Origin: an uncultured cyanobacterium
GTDB lineage: Bacteria > Cyanobacteriota > Cyanobacteriia > Cyanobacteriales > Cyanobacteriaceae
Reading direction: 5' to 3'
Assembly: GCA_963749915.1 (NCBI GenBank)
Contig: CAVVOP010000021.1
Span: forward strand, 384,001 to 448,000
DNA: 64,000 nucleotides
A program made the translations under genes and the position numbers. Positions 55,008-64,000 of this stretch are shown piece after piece. Numbering within the stretch: position 1 is the first letter of the stretch; each line of letters opens with the position of its first letter. The notes below the pieces were generated by a model. The model did not search any database. It saw nothing but the letters and a program-made list of their open reading frames with translations, and was not told the DNA's origin.

Positions 55008-56414
55008 ATGACGGTTGTTTTTTTTGGTGATAGTTTATTAGATATAGGAAATCTTACCGCAACACTTGCCCCCTTTGATATTGAACCATATCCAGCTCCC
55101 CTTTATAATCAGGGCAAAGCATCTAATGGACAAGTTTTGGGAGAGGCAATTGCTGATAGATTAGGCATTGGTGCTAACTCTCTCATTGGTAATTCAACAG
55201 TTTCTACTCCTCCTAATCCTTTAGAAAATAATATAGTTTATGCTTTGGCCGGTGCTACAACTGGGAATTTTGGTTCTAAGGGAAATGATTTAGATCCATT
55301 TCCCATCGGTTTGCAATCTCAAATACAATTGTTTGAGAATATTTTTTCTGTTGCAAATACCATTGATTTGTTGGATAACCCCATTGATGTAATTATCAGT
55401 GCGGGAAGTAACGATGTTCTGGAAATTCTAGCAGATCCGAATTTCGTCAATATTTTTTTAACACCAGAAAATGATGACAATGAGGCTTTAATTAATAACA
55501 CAGTAAATAAGATTGTTGACAATGTTACTCAGGCCATTGATTTACTTCAAGATAAAACTGAAAATATAACTATAGTTGGATTATCCCCTTTAGGAGATAC
55601 ACCTTTTCTAATTAAAACAGATCAAGAAATTGATAATGGTATTTCTATTGATATTGCGGGACAAACAAGTGCTTTATTAACCAATATTTCCGCCCAAGTT
55701 AACCAAGAATTAATTACTAAATTTGATAATGAAAGTGAAAATATCCCAAATGTTGAAGTTATTGACGGGATGCAGGTTTTTGAAGATGGTTTAACCGCAT
55801 GGCAAAATGATCTATCCACATCTCCTATTATAGACATATCTTATTTAGACTATATTTCAGGCAGTTCCAATCTTGAAGACGGTCTCACCATAGAACAATT
55901 TGCCTTTGTTGATGGTGTACATCCTACTTCTGCTTTAAATCAATATTTGGCAAGAGAAATAGTACCGACTGAATTGAATACCCCTATCTACCGTTTTCAA
56001 AATACTGAAATACCTGGTACCTACTTATATACAGAGGAGGAAGAAAAACAAAATATTCTTCGAAATTATCCTAATTTTGGTGAGGAAGGATTCGCTTTCA
56101 ACGTTGGCATTGAACCAAGTGATGATTTAATAACTATATATCGGTTTCAAAATCAGGATTTACCTACTGCCTATTTATATGTAGGAGAAGAAGAAAGACA
56201 AAATATTCTCCAAAATTATGCCAATTTTAGTGAGGAAGGAATCGCTTTTTATGTTTATGGGGCAAACAGTGACCAAGGAGAAAACATTTATCGGTTTCAA
56301 AATCAGGATTTACCTGGTGCCTACTTATATGTAGGAGAAGAAGAAAGACAAAATATTCTTCAAAATTATCCTAATTTGAGCGAGGAAGGAATTGCTTTTG
56401 AAGTTGCCTTTTAG
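55008..56414 (+). CDS. GDSL/SGNH hydrolase with three C-terminal ~50-aa repeats
   Basis: FFGDSL, GSND, DGVHPT; repeats YRFQN..PG.YLY..EEE.QNIL.NY.NF.EEG.AF. Confidence 0.85.
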   Translation: MTVVFFGDSLLDIGNLTATLAPFDIEPYPAPLYNQGKASNGQVLGEAIADRLGIGANSLIGNSTVSTPPNPLENNIVYALAGATTGNFGSKGNDLDPFPIGLQSQIQLFENIFSVANTIDLLDNPIDVIISAGSNDVLEILADPNFVNIFLTPENDDNEALINNTVNKIVDNVTQAIDLLQDKTENITIVGLSPLGDTPFLIKTDQEIDNGISIDIAGQTSALLTNISAQVNQELITKFDNESENIPNVEVIDGMQVFEDGLTAWQNDLSTSPIIDISYLDYISGSSNLEDGLTIEQFAFVDGVHPTSALNQYLAREIVPTELNTPIYRFQNTEIPGTYLYTEEEEKQNILRNYPNFGEEGFAFNVGIEPSDDLITIYRFQNQDLPTAYLYVGEEERQNILQNYANFSEEGIAFYVYGANSDQGENIYRFQNQDLPGAYLYVGEEERQNILQNYPNLSEEGIAFEVAF

Positions 56415-56523
56415 TTCTTTTATATTTCTAGATCCTCGCAGTATTGGATGGTATATTTATTCTCGAAAATCACCTAAAGACACGACATAAAGATATCTTA
56501 GACAAATAACGCTAAATCAATCA

Positions 56524-57246
56524 ATGTCCCCTATTGCTCAAAAAATCAAATCATATGTTCCCCAGCAAAAGCTTTGGGGTTTAATTGCTTATCAGCCTCG
56601 CTGGGGATTAACTCTTAAGGGTTGGCTCTCAACATTACTTTTATTGGTCGCTATCACAGTATTTTTAATCTTTAATATCTATCCTTTTTTAGCCCCTTCG
56701 GCACCGATAAAAGCAGAAGCCTTAGTTGTTGAGGGTTGGATTGGAGATGATGGCATTAAAGGAGCCATGGCAGAATTTCAGGAACAAAACTACCAACTAT
56801 TAATTACTGTGGGGGGTCCTCTGGGTGGAGGAGCCTATCTCTCAGAATATCAAGACTTTGCTCACTTATCTGCTGCTACTGCCATAAAACTGGGCTTCGA
56901 TACCGAAAAAATTATGGCTATTGTTACTCCACCTAGCCAACGAGATCGCACCTTCGCTTCCGCAATAGCTGTAAAACAATGGTTGGAACAAAATGAACCA
57001 CAGATTACGGCGATTAATATCTATTCTGACAATGTTCACAGTCGTCGTAGTTGGCTTTTATTTCAAAGAGCTTTGAACCCTGAGTTAGCAGTAGGGATAA
57101 TTGCTCATCCTCCTCCAGATTATGATGCTCAATCCTGGTGGACCTCTAGTCAAGGATTCAGAACAGTTATAGGAGAAGCGATCGCTTATGTTTATGCCAA
57201 GTTTTTTAGTTCTGCACTTTCGCAGTTTTCCCTTCTCGTCAAATAA
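56524..57246 (+). CDS. YdcF/DUF218-like membrane protein
   Basis: N-terminal transmembrane helix, LVVEGW, DRTFASA, HSRRS, WWTSSQG. Confidence 0.75.
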   Translation: MSPIAQKIKSYVPQQKLWGLIAYQPRWGLTLKGWLSTLLLLVAITVFLIFNIYPFLAPSAPIKAEALVVEGWIGDDGIKGAMAEFQEQNYQLLITVGGPLGGGAYLSEYQDFAHLSAATAIKLGFDTEKIMAIVTPPSQRDRTFASAIAVKQWLEQNEPQITAINIYSDNVHSRRSWLLFQRALNPELAVGIIAHPPPDYDAQSWWTSSQGFRTVIGEAIAYVYAKFFSSALSQFSLLVK

Positions 57247-57363
57247 GGGAGAAGCACTGATTGAATAATCCGCCTCAGCATATAAAAGTCCAGCCTTTCT
57301 ATATTACTATATTATAAATCAAGGACCTTTAGGTGGGAATTCTTATAGTGATTCGATAATCAT

Positions 57364-58056
57364 ATGGCTAATTTAAGTAATAGTAAACAGAATTTTTCTG
57401 CTCAACCCAATAATATTAATATACTTAAAACGTTGATCATCCTCATCATGCTGTCAGGATTAGTTAATGTATTTATCCAAGAGAAAAAAACCCAATTAAA
57501 AAAGGCTGGTCAACACATAATTTCTAGTATATATGGTAGTCCGCCATTAGTCATGAAAGGTGGTAATCCTTATATTCGGGCATTAATGCGTACCATCAGC
57601 GCCAGTGAATCAAATTATCTCAATCCTTATCACGTCATCTATAGCGGTAAATATGTTACTGATTTGAGTAAACATCCGAACCTGTGTATTAAGATCACCA
57701 ATGGACCAAACGAAGGAAAATGTACAACCGCTTCAGGTAGATACCAATTTTTAAATACAACTTGGTCTGAAAAGGCCGCACAATACCACCCTCAACCATC
57801 AAAATTTCTCCTCTGGAAAGAATATAGTTTTGAAGCACTTTATCAGGATAAAGTATTATATAATTGGTTGACGGACTCTAAAGCATGGAATGAAGATATT
57901 ATTGACTTATTAGAATACGGAAAAATTGATCAAGTTTTGGAATTATTATCCTCTACATGGACAAGTTTGGGCTACGGTATTGAAGATAATATCCTGACCC
58001 AAAATTTACCTCAAATTTATCAAAAATTACTTAAAGAAGAACTGGAAAAGAATTAA
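57364..58056 (+). CDS. Lambda-lysozyme-like muramidase with N-terminal anchor
   Basis: RALMRTISASE, TASGRYQFL..TW, WTSL. Confidence 0.85.
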   Translation: MANLSNSKQNFSAQPNNINILKTLIILIMLSGLVNVFIQEKKTQLKKAGQHIISSIYGSPPLVMKGGNPYIRALMRTISASESNYLNPYHVIYSGKYVTDLSKHPNLCIKITNGPNEGKCTTASGRYQFLNTTWSEKAAQYHPQPSKFLLWKEYSFEALYQDKVLYNWLTDSKAWNEDIIDLLEYGKIDQVLELLSSTWTSLGYGIEDNILTQNLPQIYQKLLKEELEKN

Positions 58057-58248
58057 GTCTGGGGAAAATAGCCACCAATGGTAAGGAAGATAAATTAGGA
58101 ATGTCAAGGAGCGAGTTTGCACAGACTCCCTCTAAAATAAATATCTATGAGCCAAAAATAAACCTTTAATCAGTAGTAATTTCAAAACTCCAGTTCCCAA
58201 GATGAACGCGGTTTAAGTAAAATAGAAGTACCAATTATATATAGTTCT

Positions 58249-58602
58249 ATGGCTGTAGTTCAACCTGTACCTCCAGAAATTCTCGAACAAGTGGCTGAAT
58301 ATTTTAGTATTTTGAGTAACCCCATGCGTTTGCAAATTTTAAATTTATTAGGGGACGGGGAAAAGTGTGTACAACAATTAGTAGAAAATACGAAAACTAG
58401 TCAGGCGAACATTTCTAAACATCTCAAAATAATGTTACAGGCAGGAATTATTAATCGTCGTGCCGAAGGTACTTCAGCCTATTATTATGTAGAAGATTCC
58501 CTGATTTTTGACTTATCTCATTTAGTGTGTAATCGTTTAGCAGATAAAATCGAAAAACAAGCACTTCAATTTCGCAATTTTAGTCTTGCTAATAAACAAT
58601 AG
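58249..58602 (+). CDS. ArsR/SmtB-family transcriptional regulator
   Basis: FSILSNPMRLQIL...SQANISKHLK. Confidence 0.9.
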   Translation: MAVVQPVPPEILEQVAEYFSILSNPMRLQILNLLGDGEKCVQQLVENTKTSQANISKHLKIMLQAGIINRRAEGTSAYYYVEDSLIFDLSHLVCNRLADKIEKQALQFRNFSLANKQ

Positions 58603-58715
58603 ACGAATGGCAAAACTCGAGGAATTGGGAACAGAGAATAATAATTTTGGCGTGATTTTCGCCTCCTTAACGGCAAAATTTTGGGGAAGTATTTATTTAT
58701 AAATCCTCCATGATT

Positions 58716-59921
58716 TTAATTATCAATTGTTAACATAATTAGTTGTTTTTGGATCAGTGACCGAACTAGATCTAAGGTCAAATTAGTTTGAGAGATAATA
58801 TCTCCTACCGTTAGATTTTTAGAGGGATTTTTAGCACAATATTCCATGAAAGTAAACTCCTGATCATTAATGTTTATGGGTTGGAATTGATAGTTAAATA
58901 AACTCTTACTTTCCCATCTCGACATACAAGGATTTAATTCCGGTTTTGCTTGTTTTAACAACTCATTATTTTCCCAATTTTGTCTGACTAAAGGTGGTTT
59001 TGCTAAGAAAAATTCATAGTGAGTAATATTATCAGGATCAAGTAATTCTATCAAACGGTAACGTTGTTGATCTGTTAATTTTTTTGCCCGACTAATTAAG
59101 TCTTGATTATCGCCAATTAATCTTTCTAACTGCCATGAATCAGGGTTGGAAAAACCAATAAATTCTAAACCAGAAACATCGATAAATTTAAACAAAGTAT
59201 CAATATTATAGTCAACTTCTTGAGGATGGACATACATATCCGCAAAACATTCGTCTCTCCGGTTTTCCCACTGCCAACGCTGTTTTTCTTTGGCAACTAA
59301 ACGGTTATCTTCGGGTAATGTTGCAAATAACTCCCTACCAACCTTCACGCCATCAATATAATCACCTCGTTTGTCACCTTGCAGTAAAGCAATCGCCTTT
59401 TGCATTAATTGAATTTCCCATCTACCTAACTCTCCATAGACGAAAATGTGCATAATACCGCCAACGGCTAATTTTTCTGCTATGGCTTTGATGCCTATTT
59501 CTGGTTCAGGCAAATGGTGTAATACACCGACACAGTTAATTAAATCAAAATTATCCTCTAAACTATTAACGGATTCAAGAGGAAGTTGTTTAAAGGTAAT
59601 TGTACCCTGAAAATTAGCTAATACTCCTGATTTTTCAAGACGTTTTTGTGCCGTAGCTAGGGCATTTTCACTAATATCAATGGCAATAATATCCGCCATA
59701 GGATTGTGCAATATTAAATATTCTGTCCCTGAACCTGTACCACAACCGGCATCTAAAATACGGATTTTTTGCCGTTGAGGTTTCATTCCCGTACAAAAAT
59801 TATAGGCTGACTGGTAATGCCAACGCCAATTGTAACCCGGGGGCGGTTCATCTAATAATGGATCTGGTGGAAAGGGATATGTATTATAAAGTTTTTGAAC
59901 GGCTTTTCTAACTTCTAACAT
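58716..59921 (-). CDS. Class I SAM-dependent methyltransferase
   Basis: ILDAGCGTG, FDLINCVGVLHHL, DMYVHPQE. Confidence 0.88.
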   Translation of the reverse strand: MLEVRKAVQKLYNTYPFPPDPLLDEPPPGYNWRWHYQSAYNFCTGMKPQRQKIRILDAGCGTGSGTEYLILHNPMADIIAIDISENALATAQKRLEKSGVLANFQGTITFKQLPLESVNSLEDNFDLINCVGVLHHLPEPEIGIKAIAEKLAVGGIMHIFVYGELGRWEIQLMQKAIALLQGDKRGDYIDGVKVGRELFATLPEDNRLVAKEKQRWQWENRRDECFADMYVHPQEVDYNIDTLFKFIDVSGLEFIGFSNPDSWQLERLIGDNQDLISRAKKLTDQQRYRLIELLDPDNITHYEFFLAKPPLVRQNWENNELLKQAKPELNPCMSRWESKSLFNYQFQPININDQEFTFMEYCAKNPSKNLTVGDIISQTNLTLDLVRSLIQKQLIMLTIDN

Positions 59922-60022
59922 TATGATGGTTGATTTAATCAAATTCTAACTTCACACTATTATCCTTCACTGTTGAATAATGAGCAATTAGAAATCAAGA
60001 ATAAGTTAAGAGTAAATAGCAT

Positions 60023-61291
60023 TCATTCATTAGTGGAAATAGCACTTAATCTCACCCTTTGCCCATTTTCTAATTTACCAGTACTTCTTACTATTAAACG
60101 ATCGCCAGGATTAAGTCCTGCGAATACTTCCACCTTACCATTTTTATTTTCTCCCATAGTAATTTGTTTTACCGTTACCTGTTTATTTCCATTAACATTA
60201 TCTAAAATAAAGACATTATTAGAGAGTTTCGTCTCTCTGGGATTTCCTATTTTTAAAGCAGATTCGGGAATAAGAATAGGTGGATTGTCGTTATTAGTAA
60301 ACTTTACCCTTGCTAATAAACCACCACTAATTTTTTGATCTTGATTACTTAATAAAATTTCCAGGGGAATTTGTCTTGAATCTCTCTCGGCAGCTGGAGA
60401 TATTCTATTAATTATACCTGTAAATTGTTCTTGAGGAAAAGCATCTAAATTAACACCAACTTTTTTCCCTAATTTTAAGTTTTTTAATTCTAATTCTGAT
60501 ACAGCAACATTAACTTTTACTTGACTAAAATCTCCTATTTTGATAATTTCTCCCCCAGGTTGAATTAAGTTTCCTTGTTCAGTTAATCTTTCCAATACAT
60601 AACCACTATTTGGTGCTTTTATGTGCGTAAAAATGAGTCTTTTTTTCCCTTCCTCGATAACGGCTTTTTGACTGATAATTCTTCCTTTGGCAGTTTCAAC
60701 AGCGGCTTTTTTAACTTTTACTTGAGATTTTGCCGATTTTACCGACTGCTGAGCAGTTTTTGCTCCCGTGACGGCCAACTCCACATCTCTTTTGGCGATC
60801 GCTCCATCGTTGTATAATTCTTCTAATCTATTAGCATCAACTTCCGCTTGTTCTAAAAGTACTTGATTTGATTTTACTTGTGCTTCAGCCGAAATCACAT
60901 CAGCCTCTGCCTGAGTCACTGCGGAGTTAAGGGAAGCTAATTCCGCTTCTTCTTTATACAATGAAGCTTTTAACAAAGTATCATCTAATCGAGCAATTAG
61001 TTGACCAGCCGTGACCCTATCACCGACGTCCACCTCGAGACTTAATATTTGTCCTTCTGCCTGAGATCGTAATATAATTTCTTTAACAGGTTCTGTTGTA
61101 CCAATATATTCCCTGGGTTGATTTAAAAATCCCCTTGTCACGCTAACCACATCTACGGCAGGAGGGAGAGGAGTTAGATTTACCGTTTGTTCTTCTTGTG
61201 CTTCGGTTTTCGATTCCATGAAACACCCGGTTAAAGGCAATAACAATAAAAATAAACACCCATATTTTGCAATAGGATTGGTTACTAGCAT
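60023..61291 (-). CDS. RND efflux periplasmic adaptor (membrane fusion protein)
   Basis: Lipobox LPLTGC, lipoyl halves (VDVGDRV, IKAPNSG), coiled-coil hairpin. Confidence 0.9.
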   Translation of the reverse strand: MLVTNPIAKYGCLFLLLLPLTGCFMESKTEAQEEQTVNLTPLPPAVDVVSVTRGFLNQPREYIGTTEPVKEIILRSQAEGQILSLEVDVGDRVTAGQLIARLDDTLLKASLYKEEAELASLNSAVTQAEADVISAEAQVKSNQVLLEQAEVDANRLEELYNDGAIAKRDVELAVTGAKTAQQSVKSAKSQVKVKKAAVETAKGRIISQKAVIEEGKKRLIFTHIKAPNSGYVLERLTEQGNLIQPGGEIIKIGDFSQVKVNVAVSELELKNLKLGKKVGVNLDAFPQEQFTGIINRISPAAERDSRQIPLEILLSNQDQKISGGLLARVKFTNNDNPPILIPESALKIGNPRETKLSNNVFILDNVNGNKQVTVKQITMGENKNGKVEVFAGLNPGDRLIVRSTGKLENGQRVRLSAISTNE

Positions 61292-61382
61292 AATTTGAGT
61301 CCAAACAATATCAAAATTTATCAACAAAAAGTCCACTTCATTGTATCATGTTAATATTCATACTGAGACGAAAACATAGATT

Positions 61383-61826
61383 ATGGATCTAAATTTATTA
61401 TTTAATATAGCAAATATTTTCGTGCTTCCATTTTGGGGATTGATAATTTTTATTCCTAACTGGGAAATTACACAAAAAATAATGAAATCTTATCTAATAT
61501 TTTTACCGCTAATTTTTTTGTATATTTATTTGTTCATTATCAGCCTAAATCCAGATTCTATAGCGACTTTATCCAATCCTAAATTATTGGATTTAGCCAA
61601 AGTGTTTAGTGATCCTAGCATAACTTTTGCCGGATGGGTACACTTTTTAGTATTAGATTTATTTTTAGGAAGACATATCTATTGGCAAGGACAAAATGAG
61701 AAAATTTGGACAATTCATTCTCTAATTCTCTGTTTATTTGCCGGACCAATTGGTTTTTTATCTCATATAATAACTAGAGGTATCCAAACTCAATTAATGA
61801 AAAGAAATGACCCTAAATTGACTTAA
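61383..61826 (+). CDS. ABA4-like (DUF4281) membrane protein
   Basis: FVLPFW, GWVHFLVLDLFLG, LCLFAGPIG. Confidence 0.85.
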   Translation: MDLNLLFNIANIFVLPFWGLIIFIPNWEITQKIMKSYLIFLPLIFLYIYLFIISLNPDSIATLSNPKLLDLAKVFSDPSITFAGWVHFLVLDLFLGRHIYWQGQNEKIWTIHSLILCLFAGPIGFLSHIITRGIQTQLMKRNDPKLT

Positions 61827-61889
61827 CTTAGGAAGACTAAGAACCCGTTTGAAAAGTCGGATTGATTGAGCAAAATTCACTTGCTTCAA

Positions 61890-61925
61890 TAGACCTCTCC
61901 ATAAATTATATTACGGAGAGGTCTA
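61890..61925. repeat. 36-bp palindromic mini-element or terminator
   Basis: TAGACCTCTCC / GGAGAGGTCTA inverted repeat at the edge of the GC-rich segment. Confidence 0.55.
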
Positions 61926-62029
61926 ATGAAACCCCGTAGCGATACAATGTTGTCCCTATACGATGACTAAAGATACATTATTCGTCTTAGATTTCAATTT
62001 CGACGAGTACAAATTAATTAATTAGAGAA

Positions 62030-62830
62030 ATGATGAAAAAAACCGAAGGCTGGCAAGTATCTGGAAATGCGGCTGAAGTCTACGAACAATACTTTGTCCC
62101 TGCCATTTTTGGACGGTGGGCACCGCAGATGGTTGATATCGCACACATAGGCTCTGGCGATCGCGTGCTTGATGTCGGCTGTGGAACTGGAGTGCTGGCA
62201 CGGGAGGCCGCAGACCGTGTTTCCGAGGAAAGTCAGATTACGGGTCTTGACTGCAACACTAGCATGTTAGCGGTAGCGCGTCGCCTTCGACCACAGATCG
62301 ATTGGTGCCAAGGGGATGCTACGGCACTTCCATTTGCGGATGCCAGTTATGATGTGGTAATGAGCCAGTTTTCTCTGATGTATTTTCCCGACCCAACGGT
62401 CGCACTCCAAGAGATGATGAGAGTGTTGCGGTCGGCAGGCCGTCTCGCTGTTGCGGTCTGGGGCCCTTATGGGCATGCGACGGGCTACGTACTCTTGACA
62501 GAGATCGCACAGCGCCTGTGTGGGCAAGCAGCGGCGGATGTCCTCACAGCCCCATTCGCCTTGGGGGACAAGAATACGTTAATCGACCTCTGCAAGGCAG
62601 CCGGCATCAACGACGCTATCGTCACATTGCGGGAGGGCATCATAACTTATCCCACCATTGAAATATTCGTGGAAACGGAGGTCAAGGGCTCACCGCTTGA
62701 AGTCCTCCTCGATGTGGGAAGCTATCAAGGTCTTATGCAGGAAGCACAGGAGAAACTCCAGCAATTCTGCAAAGGTGGTAAAGTAATCATGCCCATGGAC
62801 GCGTTGATTGTCACAGCAAAAAAGGTTTAA
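62030..62830 (+). CDS. Class I SAM-dependent methyltransferase (UbiE-like), GC-rich
   Basis: YEQYFVPAIF, VLDVGCGTG, GDATALPF..SYDVV. Confidence 0.9.
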   Translation: MMKKTEGWQVSGNAAEVYEQYFVPAIFGRWAPQMVDIAHIGSGDRVLDVGCGTGVLAREAADRVSEESQITGLDCNTSMLAVARRLRPQIDWCQGDATALPFADASYDVVMSQFSLMYFPDPTVALQEMMRVLRSAGRLAVAVWGPYGHATGYVLLTEIAQRLCGQAAADVLTAPFALGDKNTLIDLCKAAGINDAIVTLREGIITYPTIEIFVETEVKGSPLEVLLDVGSYQGLMQEAQEKLQQFCKGGKVIMPMDALIVTAKKV

Positions 62831-63095
62831 TCGCAGCGGAGTATGGCTTCTCTCAAATGACCTGCCACGAATAGTTGACCCATTCGCTAATTTAAATTCG
62901 TTGGGTTAACTCGGCAAAAAGTCAAGAGCCTAATTTTCTGCACGGTTGCTACTCTAGGGCCTATAATAAATAATTAGACGATGCAAAGGTGAGCCTCTGA
63001 ATAAAGGTGTAAGAAACTATCTTAGGTTATCCTTATATGCTTCACCTGTTATGTATGTAATAGAAAACTAGCCGATTAGCTTGGGGGGTAAAACT

Positions 63096-63482
63096 ATGAT
63101 TGATGCAAATGAGATTGTCAAGGCAATGTGTGAGAAGTACTCGGCGGCTGTTAGTGCCAATAATTCGGTTGCCTATGGGAAACTATTTGCTGCCGACGCA
63201 ATTAGAATTCCTCCTGGATCAGATCCTGAACATGGTCTAGACAAGATTTTGAAGGGCGAACAAAAGGACTATGATCTCGCGAAATGGACTTGTCAATCTA
63301 CCCCCATTGATGCTCTACGAATCGACGATGAATGGGTATATGGCATCGCGCAGGCTGATGTGAGCACTGTCTCCTACGCTGATGGGACGAAGAAATCATT
63401 TAAAGCCTATAAGACATGGCTTCTTCACAAAGAGAAGTCAGGCGAATGGCTGATCAAAAGGCAGATGTGGAATCTTAAGTAA
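63096..63482 (+). CDS. NTF2/SnoaL-like (YybH-type) protein
   Basis: YSAAVSAN...LFAADAIRIPPG...WLLHKEKSGEWLI. Confidence 0.75.
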   Translation: MIDANEIVKAMCEKYSAAVSANNSVAYGKLFAADAIRIPPGSDPEHGLDKILKGEQKDYDLAKWTCQSTPIDALRIDDEWVYGIAQADVSTVSYADGTKKSFKAYKTWLLHKEKSGEWLIKRQMWNLK

Positions 63483-63655
63483 ACAATGATCTTTGTGAAG
63501 AGCTTTGGCCGTAGAAAATAGAAAGCATTGCCGAAGTACCTCGTTGGAGCGGAATGATTACGAGCTTAATGCTGAGGCAAAGTAATAATAAGTCTTCTCG
63601 TAGGCTATGTTGAAAATTGAATCAAAATTCTTCCAGCTGGAAAATTTTCCCTAAT

Positions 63656-63766
63656 GAGATTAATTTCACCAAATATTTCTATGAGTTTAAGCCCTTGCGA
63701 TCGCTTTCAGAAATTAGAGCCGATATTCTGGCTTTGGAGAAGAGTAGTTGGGATTTAGAAAAATAG
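63656..63766 (+). pseudogene. C-terminal scrap of type I R-M methyltransferase HsdM
   Basis: EINFTKYFYEFKPLRSLSEIRADILALEKSSWDLEK*. Confidence 0.7.
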
Positions 63767-63791
63767 AAAGATATAAAAAAAAATCTAAAGA

Positions 63792-63913
63792 TATAAGTCA
63801 AGAGCTTTTCAAGAGCTTTTAAAGAAATTGCCCGTTTTACTTCCACCTCTCGAAGAACAAAGAGCGATCGCCGATTATATTGAAAAAGAATGTGCCAGAA
63901 TTGATGCCAAGAT
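63792..63913 (+). pseudogene. Scrap of type I R-M specificity subunit HsdS
   Basis: LLKKLPVLLPPLEEQRAIADYIEKECARIDAK conserved-region motif; preceded by an 11-bp tandem duplication caagagctttt. Confidence 0.75.
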
Positions 63914-64000
63914 GCCGAATCCTACCAAGCTTTACTCAACGCCGCCGAACTCGTCGAAACCCTTAAGGGTATCAAACGGGGACTCAAACAAATGAAAGAA
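63908..64000 (+). pseudogene. C-terminal part of a Phd/YefM antitoxin, running off the window
   Basis: QDAESYQALLNAAELVETLKGIKRGLKQMKE; N-terminus missing. Confidence 0.6.

Noticed and set aside
62267..62527. Antisense ORFs in the GC-rich methyltransferase
   Set aside because: Expected by-product of high GC; the + strand gene has clear motifs

Overview
Low-GC chromosomal window from a unicellular cyanobacterium (psbB/psbT, zwf-opcA, groEL2 with CIRCE, recurrent HIP1 GCGATCGC sites; Cyanobacterium/Geminocystis-like by inference only). The core (about 7.6-61.8 kb) is mostly housekeeping: pyrD, menB, cobA, rpsD, mscS, rpsA, nrdR, psbT, psbB, zwf, opcA, murC, murB, dapL, trpG, dgkA, ybeY, proA-like, aroA, ppsA, ruvA, groEL2 and aqpZ. 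Both ends are decaying accessory/defence regions. The left end (1-7.6 kb) holds two complete toxin-antitoxin pairs plus a third antitoxin, an internally deleted IS605-type tnpB element with both ends retained, and a large STAS-like/DEAD-box helicase broken by a 154-bp MITE and an intact IS1634 that abuts an ISAs1 remnant. The right end (61.8-64 kb) has two foreign-looking genes followed by fused scraps of hsdM, hsdS and a Phd antitoxin. Best candidates for poorly described biology: a PlsY-like membrane domain fused to a rifampin-phosphotransferase/PigC-type dikinase; an AT-rich hairpin/KOW-like/sigma-like/DUF1822 module; an 82-bp direct repeat bracketing a desaturase-SDR gene; an unannotated 34-aa membrane microprotein; a two-repeat IF7-like protein with an NtcA-like box; and two apparent pseudo-enzymes. 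No rRNA, tRNA or CRISPR array was seen. All family calls come from motif recognition by eye, without database searches.
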